This document shows, piece after piece, positions 50,690 to 63,839 of a stretch of DNA of 64,000 nt. Origin of the DNA: Squalus acanthias (Eukaryota). The notes under the pieces were generated by a model. The model saw only the letters and a list, made by a program, of their open reading frames with translations. It was not told where the DNA came from and made no database searches. Positions within the stretch are counted from its first letter, which is position 1; each line of letters starts with the position of its first letter. Position numbers and translations under genes: made by a program. The DNA lies in contig CM059440.1 in assembly GCA_030390025.1 (NCBI GenBank), forward strand, positions 44,640,001 through 44,704,000. The letters run 5' to 3'.

Positions 50690-50935
50690 CTTTTAGTTGA
50701 GGCCAAGTCATTAAATATATTCAAGAATGAGGTAGATATATTTCTTAAAACTAAAGGTATCAAGGGATACGATAGCAAAATACTGCAGATGCTGGAAATC
50801 CGAATATGGGGAGAAGGCAGGGACAGGGTACTGAGTTTGGATGATCAGCCATGATCTCATTGAATGGCGGAGCAGGCTCGAGGGGCTGAATGGCCTACTC
50901 CTGCTCCTATCTTCTATGTTTCTATCTTCTATGTT
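50690..50935 (+). mobile_element. CR1 3' tail with a ~34-bp foreign insert
   Basis: gaggccaagtcattaaatatattcaag...ttctatgtttctat. Confidence 0.85.
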
Positions 50936-51598
50936 AGTTATAAATGTTTCTTTCGTGAACATCAGAGAATTTACTAATACGCATAAAGCCACAAATTGAG
51001 ATCTGAATCAATCAGACTTTGCAATGGAATGTCTGATGAACGGATTTATAGAATAAGACTAAACTAGAATCTCACAGCACAGGAGGAGGCCATTTGGCCC
51101 ATCGTGCCTGTGCCGGTTCTTTGAAAGAGCTGATAGCAGATTGATTTTTTAGAGATGTTTCTGAGCTTCTGACAGTACAACCCTTCCACCATGATGTTAG
51201 TGCACTGCCGCCAAAGGATTAGAATCAACATTCACCCATTCCCTTTAAAAACATTCTGGATTTCTTGCATTCTCTATCGGCAATGACACTATATGATATC
51301 ACCATACATCGGATATTTTTCCTGCTGTTTTATCAGAGGTAGTAAGCTGCTCATTTTAAAATAGCACAAGGAGCAGCATCACAGAAACTTGTTAAGCACT
51401 GGTTTGGCATTATCATCAAAAGTCATTTATAGCCTCAAGTCTTTTAGGGATTTAATAACAGGTAAAGTTTGAAAATCAACAGCTAAAAGAGGAAAGGATT
51501 AGTAACTCAGGTGTGACCCAGGGTTTGGTTCGAAGGTTTTGTTTTGAGGATGTTGACTCACCTTCATCCCTGCTGGACGACTTAAAAATAGAAATTGT

Positions 51599-52395
51599 CA
51601 TAGAAACATAGGAAGGTCCGTCTAGTTCGCCTTCTCCCATCCTGGTAGTCGCACCATACAGCGATAATGGAGTTGTTGACCAATCACAGCGATCAATCTC
51701 TGTCAATGAGTCTACAACAGACCCAGACATGAGGCGAGGGAAACCCCCAGTGGTGGAGAGCTTGTGGAACCAGAGGTCCAAAGTCACCTCTTCCTCCCGA
51801 GCTCGCTGCACTCCCCACACGTCATGACTCAAATTACTCAGATACTGGATCCCAAACTGTTATTTTGTGAAAGAAATCTCTTTCATTTATATTTGAATGA
51901 ATCAATACTAACTGCTTCCACCGTCTCCCTAGGGAGCCTGTTCCATAGATTGACCACTCGCTCACTGAGATATTCCACAGATTAGTTTTGAATTGACCCC
52001 ACTTCAAGCGCAGGCCGTGTCCTCTGTGTCTATTGTTCTGGACACGGTGAAGTAGCTTGTTATGGTCGACGTTATCTGGTCCCTTTAAATTAGTTAAACC
52101 AGCATACTTTTAATCAAGTTCATCTCCCGCCTGCCCTATGGCTGCCATGGAGGTCAGGACGGGGACAGATACCTGTGGTGAGAATGTGGAACTCGCTATG
52201 ACAGGGAGTGGTTGAGGTGAATAGCATAGATGCATTTAAGGGGAAGCGAGAGAAACACATGTGAGAGAAAGGATTAGAAGGATATGCTGATGAGGTGAGA
52301 TGAAGAGGGGTGGGAGGAGGCTCGTGTGGAGCAGAAACACCGGCACGGACCTGTTGGGCCGAATGGCCTGTTTCTATGCTGTAGATTCTGTGTAA
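51599..52395. mobile_element. Two diverged CR1 3' ends (minus 51599-52090; plus 52172-52395)
   Basis: WNxLP-type ends and CR1-like tails. Confidence 0.7.
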
Positions 52396-52789
52396 TTTGT
52401 CTTGTGACTGTAGAACACACTGCCAATTGGGATCATTGTCAGTAATGGAACAGATCAACCTGATGTATACGGGGTTAATTTCCTCGTGAAAGGAACTGAA
52501 CTCTTAAAAAAAACCAGAAAATTCATCCGCAGTATTTTGCTTTTGAACTCTGTAAAGTTGCTTTGAAGTCCCAACAAATCCTATTAAGTTCAAATATTTG
52601 TAACCCAGCCAGGAGAAATTATTTTTGGCTTGATATGCAGAATCACAGCAAACTTCCAAATGTTGAAAAATGCATTAAATAAAATTCAGGGGGGGGGAAA
52701 TTCACACCCCTCTGGGGGTCGCACACTCCAAGACTCCTCTGGAAAGTAACAATAGTCTTGCCTTCAGCAATCTCACTCCCATCACCAAT

Positions 52790-53240
52790 TTCAAAATCTG
52801 CTAGACTCATCTCCAAGTCCGAGGGTTGCAGGCTCAAACTCCACAGCCTGCAGTCCTGAAGTGCAGATCCATTGCTGTCGTTCGGGTAAGTTAAACCTAG
52901 TTCCTGCCTCTCCGTTCAGGTGGACATTAAAGATCACATGGCACGATGGGAAGGAACGGAGAAGCTCTCCTGATGTCTTGGCCAGCCTGACACCCTCAAC
53001 CAAGACCACAAAAAGCAGATGAATTGTTCGACCCGAAACGTTGACTCTGTTTCTCTCTCCTCGATGCTGCCTGACCTGCTGAGTGTTTCCAGCACTTTCT
53101 GTTGTTATTTTAGATTAACTGTTCGTTCATCTTGCTGTTGTTTGTGGAACAACTGTGCACAAAATAGCTGCTGTGTTTGCCTACATCACAACAGCGGTGG
53201 CAGTAGTGATGAGGTGTAAAATAAATTCAAGACTTTCTTT
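52790..53240 (+). mobile_element. Old Deu-SINE interrupted by a Penelope terminal fragment (53031-53111)
   Basis: caggtggacattaaagatcacatggcac core; insert acccgaaacgttgactctg...ctgacctgctgagtgtttccagca. Confidence 0.7.
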
Positions 53241-53549
53241 CCACTGTTGCAACTTAACTTTAGCTTTTTTATTGTGCTATAAAAATGATGGACAGTTACG
53301 TAGAGCTGCTGCTTAAGTTATAAGGTGGGGTCCCGTTGCACTTTCGATGTATTGATTTTCCTGTGTTTTTTTGCCAATGGCATCGCTGAGAAAATTGCAA
53401 ACAGAGTTGGAAAGCTGGGACACTCGGCCTTTAGTCTAATCTTCACCTAAACAGTTTTCTGGTTGAGCTCTGCTGCCCGCTGAAACGGCTCTTGCCGTTT
53501 AATGCAAGAACCTTATGAATTCTTCAATCCCTATTGTAATAAGAAAGAA

Positions 53550-54958
53550 AGAACTTGCCTTCCACAACCTCAGGACGCCCCAAAGCACTTTACAGCCAAT
53601 GAAGTACTTTTTGAAGTGCAGTCACTGTTGTAATGTAGGAATCGCAGCAGCCAATTTGTGCACAGCAAGATCCCACAAACAGCAATGTGATAACGACCAG
53701 ATAATCTGTTTTCGTGATGTTGATTGAGGGATAAATATTGGCCCCAGAACACCGGGGCGAACTCCCCTGCTCTTCTTCGAAATAGGGCCAGGGGATCTTT
53801 TACATCCACCTGAGAGCAGACGGTTTAACGTCTCATGCGAAAGACGGCACCTCCGACAGTGCAGCACTCCCTCAGTACTGCCCCCCCGACAATGCGGCGC
53901 TCCCTCAGTACTGCCCCTCCGACAATGCGGCGCTCCCTCAGTACTGACCCTCTGACAGTGCGGCGCTCCCTCAGTACTGCCCCACTGACAGTGCGGCGCT
54001 CCCTCAGTACTGCCCCTCCGACAGTGCGGCGCTCCCTCAGTACTGCCCCTCCGACAGTGCGGCGTTCCCTCAGTACTGCCTCTCCGACAGTGCGGCGCTC
54101 CCTCAGTACTGACCCTCCGACAGTGCAGCACTCTCTCAGTACTGCCCCTCCGACAGTGCAGCAATCCCTCAGTACTGACCCTCTGACAGTGCGGCGCTCC
54201 CTCAGTACTGACCCACCGACAGTGTGGCGCTCCCTCAGTACTGACCCTCCGACAGTGCAGCGCTCCCTCAGTACTGACCCTCCGACAGTGCAGCACTCCC
54301 TCAGTACTGCCCCTCCGACAGTGCGGCGCTCCCTCAGTACTGACCCTCCGACAGTGCGGCGCTCCCTCAGTACTGACCCTCTGACAGTGCGGCGCTCCCT
54401 CAGTACTGCCCCTCCAACAGTGCAGCGCTCCCTCAGTACTGCCCCTCCAACAGTGTGGTGCTCCCTCCGTACTGCCCCTCAGACAGTGCGGCATTCCCTC
54501 AGTACTGCCCCTCCGACAGTGCGGCGCTCCCTCAGTACTGCCCCTCCGACAGTGCAGCGCTCCCTCAGTACTGACCCTCTGACAGTGCGGCAATCCCTCA
54601 GTACTGACCCTCTGACAGTGCGGCGCTCCCTCAGTACTGACCCTCCGACAGTGCAGCGCTCCCTCAGTACTGACCCTCTGACAGTGCGGCACTCCCTCAG
54701 TACTGACCCTCTGACAGTGCGGCGCTCCCTCAGTACTGACCCTCCGACAGTGCAGCGCTCCCTCAGTACTGACCCTCTGACAGTGCGGCACTCCCTCAGT
54801 ACTGCCCCTCTGACAGTGCAGCACTCCCTCAGTACTGCCCCTCCGACAGTGCAGCGCTCCCTCAGTACTGACCCTCTGACAGTGCGGCACTCCCTCAGTG
54901 CTGCCCCTCTGACAGTGCGGCACTCCCTCAGTACTGCCCCTCTGACAGTGCGGCACTC
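53550..54958 (-). mobile_element. Deu-SINE with ~33-unit 33-bp array (53850-54958)
   Basis: SINE tail and core run directly into the array. Confidence 0.93.
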
Positions 54959-54973
54959 AATGGGGTACATTAC

Positions 54974-55024
54974 CTGCTCAGCTCCATTTCCCAACATTCT
55001 CCGAGGAAATGTTCCAAAATCTTT
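54974..55024 (-). CDS. Putative 51-nt exon (KDFGTFPRRMLGNGAEQ)
   Basis: Strong donor cag|GTaatg, ttgttctttttatcgaggcctAG acceptor, phase 0/0. Confidence 0.45.
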
Positions 55025-55599
55025 CTAGGCCTCGATAAAAAGAACAAATCTGCTAAGTCAGTTCTTGGTCTTGGAGAGCTTGTATTTTGAGCGTGTTTTC
55101 ACTGGTTTCTGCTCAGAGTTCCTGTTGTGGGATTGTTGGGTTTTAAAATTAGTTTTATCGCATTTTATTTGTTGCTTTTTGCCATATTTTCTGTTTTAAC
55201 CACCACTGCATTGATGGGAGCTCCAATTATATTTTAAAACATTTTTATGTAAATTAAACTTTTCTCTGAATTTTTGTGTTCAATCAAGTTGAGGGATGAG
55301 AGAGCTGGGAATCCAACTCTTCCTATTTCAGGAACCCAGTTTCAGCACCAAGCACTCCCAGCTGAGGTAAAGCACACGCAGATACAGAGTGAAGCTCCCC
55401 CTACGCTCAACAACAATATGCCCAGCCCCAACATCAAAAGCGCACTTCCTGCAGCGGTGTGACATGTTTCCCATTCCCCACACCAGCCATCCTGCAGCTT
55501 GAGAAAAACTGCCAATTGTTGACGAATGAGGGACAGTTTAGTGCTATTGCTCAATGCCCACTAGAAATTGAATCAAGACGGCCCAGGTCAGTTCACAGA

Positions 55600-55700
55600 G
55601 GACCTTATGACCAGCAGACATCAGTCTGGGCTGAGATTTCAATCCTGGACCTAGAGATGAAAGGCCAGTGTCTTGGCCACTGCACCACCCAGTTCACCCT
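55600..55700 (-). mobile_element. LF-SINE-like tRNA head
   Basis: gtgcagtgg...gcctttcatctctaggtcc...cagcccag resembles the LF-SINE 5' region as I recall it. Confidence 0.45.
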
Positions 55701-56009
55701 TCAATCTCATTTCAAGCACCTTAAAATCTTAGGACGGGCATTCCTCAAGGGTTTCCTCTCACCCACATAGATTGATGGACCAAGAGGTGTTTCTGAGGAG
55801 AGTTCCGAAGCAGGCCTGCTGCCCATTGATTGTCTGCCCGCACCCACTGTACCCGGGACGTGTAGACCTAGGCTCAAGTATTGGGGATGTCAGAGGAAAT
55901 CTGCCTTTGCCTCACCAGGGAGGCCGTCAGTGAACTATGCCGTTCCCTCCAGGATGACCTGCAGACTAAATCAAGGTCAGGGATGACTCAATCTGCAACT
56001 GTGAAAGTA

Positions 56010-56640
56010 ACCTTGAATATATTAGCCGAGGCATAGAATATAAGAGCAGGGAGGTTATGCTTGAACTGTATAAAACACTAGTTAGGCCACAGCTAGAGTA
56101 AAGTGTACAGTTCTGGTCACCACATTACAGGAAAGATGTGATTGCACTAGAGAGGCTACAGAGGAGATTTACAAAGATGTTGCCGGGAGTAGAGAATCTT
56201 AGCTATGAGGAAAGACTGGATAGGCTGGGTCTGTTTTCCTTGGAACAGAGGACGCTGAGGGGAGACTTGATTGAGGTGTATAAAATTATGAGGGGCCTAG
56301 ATAGAGTGGATAGGAAGGACCTATTTCCCTTAGCAGAGAGGTCAATAACCAAGGGGCACAGATTTAAAGTAATTGGTAGAAGGATTAGAGGGGAGTTGAG
56401 GAGAACTTTTTTCACCCAGAGGGTGGTGGGGGTCTGGAACTCACTGCCTGAAAGGGTGGTAGAGGCAGAAACCCTCATCGCATTTTAAAATACTTGGATA
56501 TGCACTTGAAATGCTGTAACCTGCAGGGCTATGGACCAAGAGCTGGAAAGTGGGATTAGGCCGGATAGCTCTTTTTTGGCCGGCACGGACACAATGGGCC
56601 GAATGGCCTCCTTCTGAGCTGTAAATTTCTATGATTCTAC
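56010..56640 (+). mobile_element. CR1 3' portion
   Basis: ORF 56138-56488; ttctatgattcta tail. Confidence 0.93.
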
Positions 56641-56919
56641 TCCTGCACTATTCAAACAGGCACAGAACGGGGACTGATCCTGGGACTTTCTATATATGAC
56701 TTTGCCTCACACTAAGCAAGATGTTAACACTTCAATCCTGCCCGATTAAAGTTAAGCCAATCAATTTCTAAAAACGATTACAGTTGTGCTGTTTATGGCT
56801 AAACATTGCTGCTCCATGGTGTGGGTTATTCCAGATAATTGGGCAAAAAGATTTTGTAAAAATTTAGATGGAAAAGCCTGAAACAGTTTGGTTGATAAGG
56901 CTCACTGAATAAGGTATCA

Positions 56920-57185
56920 AATTCTTTCTTTATTTACAGGATGCGGGTAAGGTCACATTCATTGCCCATCCCTCATTGCTCCGGCAACTCAGTAAATATG
57001 TAGGTGAGACTGGGTAAGGGTGGCAGATTCACTTCCTTGTCGGACATGAATAAACCGATTGGTTTTCACAACAATCCTGCAGCTTTCTGCTCACAAATTA
57101 CCAGATTTTACTGAATTCGATTCACAATTTACTGTGCGGGGATTTGAATCCATTTTCTGGGTGACCACTCCACTACCATGCTGAG
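56920..57185 (-). mobile_element. Degenerate copy of the LINE-B-derived SINE
   Basis: attgcccatccct tail, ggcagattcacttcc body, gggatttgaa B-box. Confidence 0.6.
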
Positions 57186-57426
57186 GGCGGTACATGTACA
57201 TCCAGTCACTGTGTCCCGTGGTTATAGGATAAGGTTGCACCAGTCGCTTCCCTACTCAGTGAGGTTTTAGTCTTAACCAAGGATTTGTGGAGCGAGAGGA
57301 GAAACTGGTGATCGAGAAACCCCAGGACACTGTCACATACCTAACAAATTTACAGCATAAGCAAAGGTCAAAGAGCAGGTCATTCAAGAGCCTCATCAAA
57401 TGAGAAATTGGCGAGAAAGGGATATA

Positions 57427-58495
57427 CATAGAACATAGAACAGTACAGCACAGTACAGGCCCTTCGGCCCTCGATGTTGTGCCGAGCATTGTCCGAGACC
57501 AAGATCAAGCTATCACACTCCCTATCACTCTGGTGTGCTCCATGTGCTTATCCAATAACCGCTTGAAAGTTCCTAAAGTGTCCGACTCCACTATCACAGC
57601 AGGCAGTCCATTCCACACACCAACCACTCTCTGAGTAAAGAATCTACCTCGGACATCCCTTCTATATCTCCCCCCATGCACCTTATAGTTATGCCCCCTT
57701 GTAACAGCTGCCTCTACCCGAGGAAATAGTCTCTGAACATCCACTCTATCTATCCCCCTCATCATCTTATAAACCTCTATTAAGTCGCCTCTCATCCTCC
57801 TCCGCTCTAAAGAGAAAAGCCCCAACTCCCTCAATCTTTCCTCATAAGACCTCCCCCCCAAACCAGGCAGCATCCTGGTAAATCTCCTTTGCACTCTTTC
57901 CAATGCTTCCACGTCCTTCCTATAGTGAGGTGACCAGAACTGCACACAATATTCCAAATGTGGTCTCACCAAGGTCCTGTACAGTTGCAGCATAACCTCA
58001 CGGTTCTTAAACTCAAACCCTCTGTTAATAAACGCCAACACACCATAGGCCTTCTTTACTGCTCTATCCACTTGAGTGGCAACCTTCAGAGATCTGTGGA
58101 TATGAACCCCCAGATCCCTCTGCTCCTCCACGTTCCTCAGAACCCTGCCGTTGACCCTGTAATCCTTATTCAAATTTGCCCTACCAAAATGAATCACCTC
58201 GCACTTATCAGGGTTAAATTCCATCTGCCATTTTTCGGCCCAGCTCTGCATCCTATCAATGTCTCTTTGCAGCCTACAACAGCCCTCCACCTCATCCACT
58301 GCTCCACCAATCTTGGTGTCATCAGCAAATTTACTGATCCACCCTTCAGTCCCCTCCTCCAAGTCATTGATAAAAATCACAAACAGCAGAGGACCCAGCA
58401 CCGACCCCTGTGGCACACCGCTGGTAACTGGTCTCCAGTCCGAAAATGTTCCATCCACCACCACCCTCTGCCTTCTATGAGATAGCCAGTTACTT
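57427..58495 (-). mobile_element. CR1 3' portion with open frame
   Basis: ORF 57505-58464 [22 protein letters not shown]. Confidence 0.95.
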
Positions 58496-58908
58496 TTGAT
58501 GAAATATTAGTATAAATAATAATAACGCTCACCAAAATTGAGATATTTGAAAAGAGATTTTCTTTTTTGAAATGACCAATAAAAGGTTTAAGACTGGTGT
58601 CAAACAAGGAGTGGTTCAATTCTGCTGCCTACAATTGTGAAAGCAGCTTGAAGTGTGATGAAAATGTACGACTTCCCCAGCTGCATGTTAAATCCTGACG
58701 GATCAGTTACACGAGGCTCTGCTCACTGAGGTGCAACAACTCGTTTGCAGAAACATTCCACTTTTTTTGGTTGCACCTTTCAAAGTCTGTAGTCCAGTTC
58801 CTTCCCTCCACTTGTTGTCACAGGCTGCAGGTCATAACCGCAAAAAATGCGTTTAGCTATTTTATTTGAAACTATCATCTATCTTTCTCTTCAGTTTCCA
58901 CCCCTTAC

Positions 58909-59077
58909 CCCACCTTCCTTCAGACCCGGTGATATATTGGGGTGCAGTTCCACAGTTGGTAGAAGCCTCGCCTCCAGTAGCCGCACTTCAGAAGTTCTTT
59001 GCCAATCATTAGCTTGTGTCAGCTGTTTATAGAATGGCTGTTTAGAAACCTGCGGCCCATACTCTCCTCCCTTGCAG
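58909..59077 (-). CDS. Putative exon (CKGGEYGPQVSKQPFYKQLTQANDWQRTSEVRLLEARLLPTVELHPNISPGLKEGG)
   Basis: Long pyrimidine tract ...ctttgtcattcAG, donor ggg|GTaagg, only one frame open. Confidence 0.6.
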
Positions 59078-60179
59078 CTGAATGACAAAGTAGTGAGCAA
59101 CAAAACAAAGGCTAGTGGGTTAACTGGCTGAACGCAGTCGGATGCACTCAAATTAAAAAAATATGGGCAGACGAATAACCAAATATTTTTAACTTTTGAG
59201 ACATGGCTGAGGCTCCTGTGAATAACAATTCAATGGGTCATATATTGTGCCCGGTACATGTTCAGACAATGCAAAGCAACAGTACCTCAAAGAAACGCAA
59301 TCTGCCATGCAGTTGCTTGACAGGACATGCCCAGTCTATTTGTATTAGGTCTGTAAACTGACATTTGTGTATTGCACTGGGAGCCTGCTCAATCAGATTA
59401 TACAAGTTTTTGTTAAAAATAAAATCTTCTTACTTCATTTGGAGTACAATCTTTCTGACATCTTACTAAGGTTGTTGCTATAAAGACTTGGAACTAGTTA
59501 AATGTTTGTGTGCATTTTGCACTGATCAAGGTGAGCGAGGTTAATATGGGGATCTCGAGCACCCAAAGAGAGAAGCAGTTACCCAGGCTCCCGTGTCAGA
59601 CATGAAAGGTGAGGTGGAGGTTCAGCGATTGGCATTTCGTGGATTCTAGCATCGAACAATCCCAGGTCAGGCAAAGCATGGTCCGATGCAGAATACCTCA
59701 GGAGATCCACTTCATACTGCTTCAGAATGATATTTTTCCATTTCTCATTCCAGCTACCCTGTGGTCCCTCGGAGAGAGATTGCTAATTTATTGCCCATTA
59801 CTGCTCACTTAGGGGCAGTTTTATACTGTGGACCAGGTTACCTAGGAACTGGATCGAGGCTATCCAAACTTATTTCACATTGAGCCCTTACAGCCATACC
59901 TTACATAATGTTTTGAGTACGCATCATACCGCCTTTGCATGGATCGCAAGTTCGGGCATGACAGATCATCCGCTCCGCCTTGGAAATTCCAATTGCTGGT
60001 ACAGAGTTGGGTTAACTGCCCAGCAATTACATACGGAAATTTTGCGTAGGGCCTGTTTGCATCAGCGCAAGGGGTTACCGGCATGTTTTAACATCATTTT
60101 CATCTCAGAAATCGGACTGTTTAATTTTCTGCGAGCTGAGTATACCTTTTGAGGTGTTTGAATTGATCCATAGATCGTC

Positions 60180-62490
60180 ATCCCCATTCATAACTCAACT
60201 TTGACATGTATGCTCAAGCTGTCAGGAAATGCATCAACGCCAGATTCATCAGCCGCAATCACAAGACAGTCCAGAATGTCACCCGAGCACAACGCAACGC
60301 CATCCACGCTCTCAAGACCAACCGCAACATCGTCATCAAACCAGCGGACAAAGGAGGAGCCATCGTCATACAGAACAGAATGGACTATTGCAAAGAAGCA
60401 TACCGACAACTGGACAACCAGGAACACTACAGACAGCTACCCGCAGATCCGACCAAAGAACACACCCGCCAACTCAATAGACTGATCAAGACCTTCGATC
60501 CAGACCTTCAAAGCATCCCACGCGCTCTCATCCCACGTACTCCCCGCGTAGGAGACTTTTACTGTCTCCCAAAGATACACAAAGCCAACACACCCGGACG
60601 TCCTATCGTATCAGGCAACGGAACCCTGTGTGAGAACCTCTCTGGGTACGTCGAGGGCATCCTGAAACCCATCGTACAGGGAACCCCCAGCTTCTGTCGT
60701 GACACTACAGACTTCTTGCAGAAACTCAGCACCCATGGACCAGTTGAACCAGGAACACTCCTCGCCACGATGGACGTATCGGCACTCTACATCAATATCC
60801 CCCATGATGACGGCATCGCTGCAACAGCCTCAGTACTCAACACCAACAACAGCCAATCTCCAGACGCCATCCTACAACTCATCCGCTTCATCCTTGACCA
60901 CAATGTCTTCACCTTCGACAACCAGTTTTTTACCCAAACACACGGAACAGCCATGGGGACCAAATTCGCACCCCAATACGCCAACATCTTCATGCACAAG
61001 TTCGAGCAAGACTTCTTCGCTGCACAGGACCTCCAACCAACGCTGTACACCAGATACATCGACGACATCTTCTTCCTTTGGACCCACGGCGAAGGATCAC
61101 TGAAAGGACTACACGATAGCATCAACAGGTTCCATCCCACCATCAAACTCACCATGGACTACTCCTCAGAATCGGTTTCATTCTTGGACACACGAATCTC
61201 CATCAAAGACGGACGCCTCAGCACTTCACTCTACCACAAGCCCACAGACAACCTCACGATGCTCCACTTCTCCAGCTTCCACCCTAACCACGTTAAAGAA
61301 GCCATCCCCTATGGACAAGCCCTGCGAATACACAGGATCTGCTCAGATGAGGAGGAACGCGATGGACACCTACGGACACTGAAAGATGCCCTCGTAAGAA
61401 CGGGATATGACGCTCGACTCGTCGATCGACAGTTCCGACGGGCCACAGCGAAAAACCGCATAGACCTCCTCAGAAGGCGAACACGGGACACAACCAACAG
61501 AGTACCCTACGTCGCCCAGTACTTCCCCGGAGTGGAGAACTTAGCCATGTTCTCCACAGCCTTCAACATGTCATCGATGACGACGAACACCTTGCTAAGG
61601 CCATCCCCACGCCTCCACTACTCGCCTTCAAGCAGCCGCCTAACCTCAAAAGTACCATCGTTCGCAGCAAATTACCCAGCTGTCAGGAGAACAGCGACCA
61701 CGACACCACACAACCCTGCCACGGCAACCTCTGCAAGACATGCCAGATCATGAACACAGATACCGTCATCACACGTGAGGACACTACCCACCAGGTACAT
61801 GGTACATACTCATGTGACTTGGCCAACGTTGTCTACCTGATACGTTGCAGGAAAGGATGCCCCAGAGCATGGTACATTGGCGAGATCATGCAGACACTGA
61901 GACAACGTATGAACGGACACCGCGCAACAATCGCCAGGCAGGATGGTTGCCTCCCAGTCGGGGAACACTTCAGCAGTCAAGGGCATTCAGCCTCGGATCT
62001 GCGGGTAAGCGTTCTCCAAGGCGGCCTTCGAGACACTCGACAACGCAAAATCATCGAGCAGAAACTGATAGCCAAGTTCCGCACTCATGAGGACGGCCTC
62101 AATAGGGATATCGGGTTCATGTCACGCTACAGAACGTGACTTGACATCGTTGTCTGTCTTTCCAGTTTTTAAAAAACAAACACAAAAAAACAAACCCAAA
62201 AAGGACGGAGAGAGAGGAAGGGATATGGAGAGGATATGCAGACAGCAGGATTTGACACGTTGGACCCCCTGGGACACATCTCATTGTCTTGGCTGTGCTC
62301 TTGGTGTGTCTTTGATGTAAGGAAAGATTGTATCTCTGCATTTTTTCTGTGTTTATATTCTGTGAACTTTTGTAGATTCACTCATAGTAACTTTACCTGA
62401 AGAAGGGGCGATCGATAGCTCCGAAAGCTTGTAATTTTAAATAAATCTGTTGGACTATAACCTGGTGTTGTGCGACTTCTCATTTTTGTT
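60180..62490 (+). mobile_element. 5'-truncated Penelope-like element (Neptune-type): RT, Cys linker, GIY-YIG endonuclease
   Basis: IKPADKGG, LPKIHK, GRPIVS, MDVSALY, GTAMG, RYIDD, FLD; frameshift ~61540; CHGNLCKTC; VVYLIRC...YIGE...RMNGH...VGEHF. Confidence 0.96.
62393..62434 (+). ncRNA. Minimal type-I hammerhead ribozyme
   Basis: uuac-CUGAAGA-a-ggggc/gaucgaua/gcucc-GAAA-gc-UU-guaa. Confidence 0.75.
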
Positions 62491-63015
62491 AATTAAACAC
62501 ACACAAAGTATAATCTGCTCCTCTGTCCTTACACACTGCTGAAACTATATCAGATGAGTTTTTCTTGTTTCTGCAAAGATTGGAGTTTTAATGATGCTGG
62601 TAATTACCAGCAAATTAAAATTTTTACCAACAGAACTAAGCTGTAGTAAAGTTGGTGGAATGAAGCTAATTAGGAATTAAATTCCAATCCTGTAAAGTAA
62701 TTGTAATTAAATCTGATTACGGGATTCGATTCTGAAATGATCTAAAATCTAATTCTGTTTGATGACTGGAGCACCAGCCCCCGTGATCCCAGGTACGCTT
62801 CCACACACACTGCGCCCCTGGGATGCACGGGCCATTACGCTGCCCTCGAGTACACAGTGTCGGAGAGCAAGTTCGCGAAGGAGGGCACCCATCAGGTCAG
62901 TTCGGATTCAGGCACCGTACTCTGTAGGTACGCCACTGACCACAAAATCTGCCCCAATATATATATATTAAAAATCTTAAATCCGCGCACACGAGCTGTC
63001 AAATTGTTTCACTAA

Positions 63016-63839
63016 GGGGGGAATTTTCCCAGCCCTGGGGAGGCGGGACTGCTGGGAAAATGGCAGAAACTGGGAGCGAATACCAACCCCGCTCCCAACC
63101 CGCCTCCGTGCCATCTTCCCGGGAGGCGAGTCCCCGACTCGCGCAGGGACCCGTCTCCTCGAGGCAGGAAGGGGATTCGAGCCAATTAACTGCCTGTTAC
63201 CCGGTAGTTAACAGGCAGTTTTGAGGCTTTTCCCTATTTTACGCCTGCAATTGCGGGCTTCCCAACGGCTGTGAAACTCGCCAGGGTCAGCGAGGCGAGC
63301 AGTGGGTCTGCGGGGGTGAGAGGGGTCGAAATATCAGCTGTAGAGGTGAGTGATGGGTGCAAGTGTGGACAGGTAAGTATGAGAGGTGAGTGTAAAGTGT
63401 TAGAAAAAGTTTCCTTACCTTTGCTTCTTCCTGCAGGCTTCAACCTTTGAGGATCTGGAGGTGCCTCATCTCAACGGCAGAGATGACAGAATGGCTGCTG
63501 CATTCTCAGATGTAGCAGCCATCTGCTTTCTGCTGAGGAAAGGGGTCTTGGTGAGCCTTCTGTGCAAGGGTTCACCTTAGAACAGAGATTGTCAGTGTTT
63601 GACAGCTTCTCAAAGCTGACAATTCATCTGTCAAAAAATTTGACACAGATGAAGCGTCATGCGCTGACGTCATCTGTCACCAGCTTTCTCTTAATTGGTC
63701 GGTAAGCCCGCAGGGCGGGCTTAACAATGCCAATCAAGGGAAAATAGCGTGGGTTGTTCAGACGTTGCTGGGGGCGAGACAGAAACCCGGAAACCAGAAG
63801 TCCCGCTTACAGCACGTCTCCATTGATAAAATCCAGCCC
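63016..63839. mobile_element. Harbinger-type MITE
   Basis: TAA on both flanks (63013-63015, 63840-63842); imperfect TIRs ggggggaatttt / aaaatccagccc. Confidence 0.7.

Noticed and set aside
53850-54958. CRISPR-like array (33-bp partly palindromic repeats)
   Set aside because: No unique spacers, no cas genes, vertebrate context
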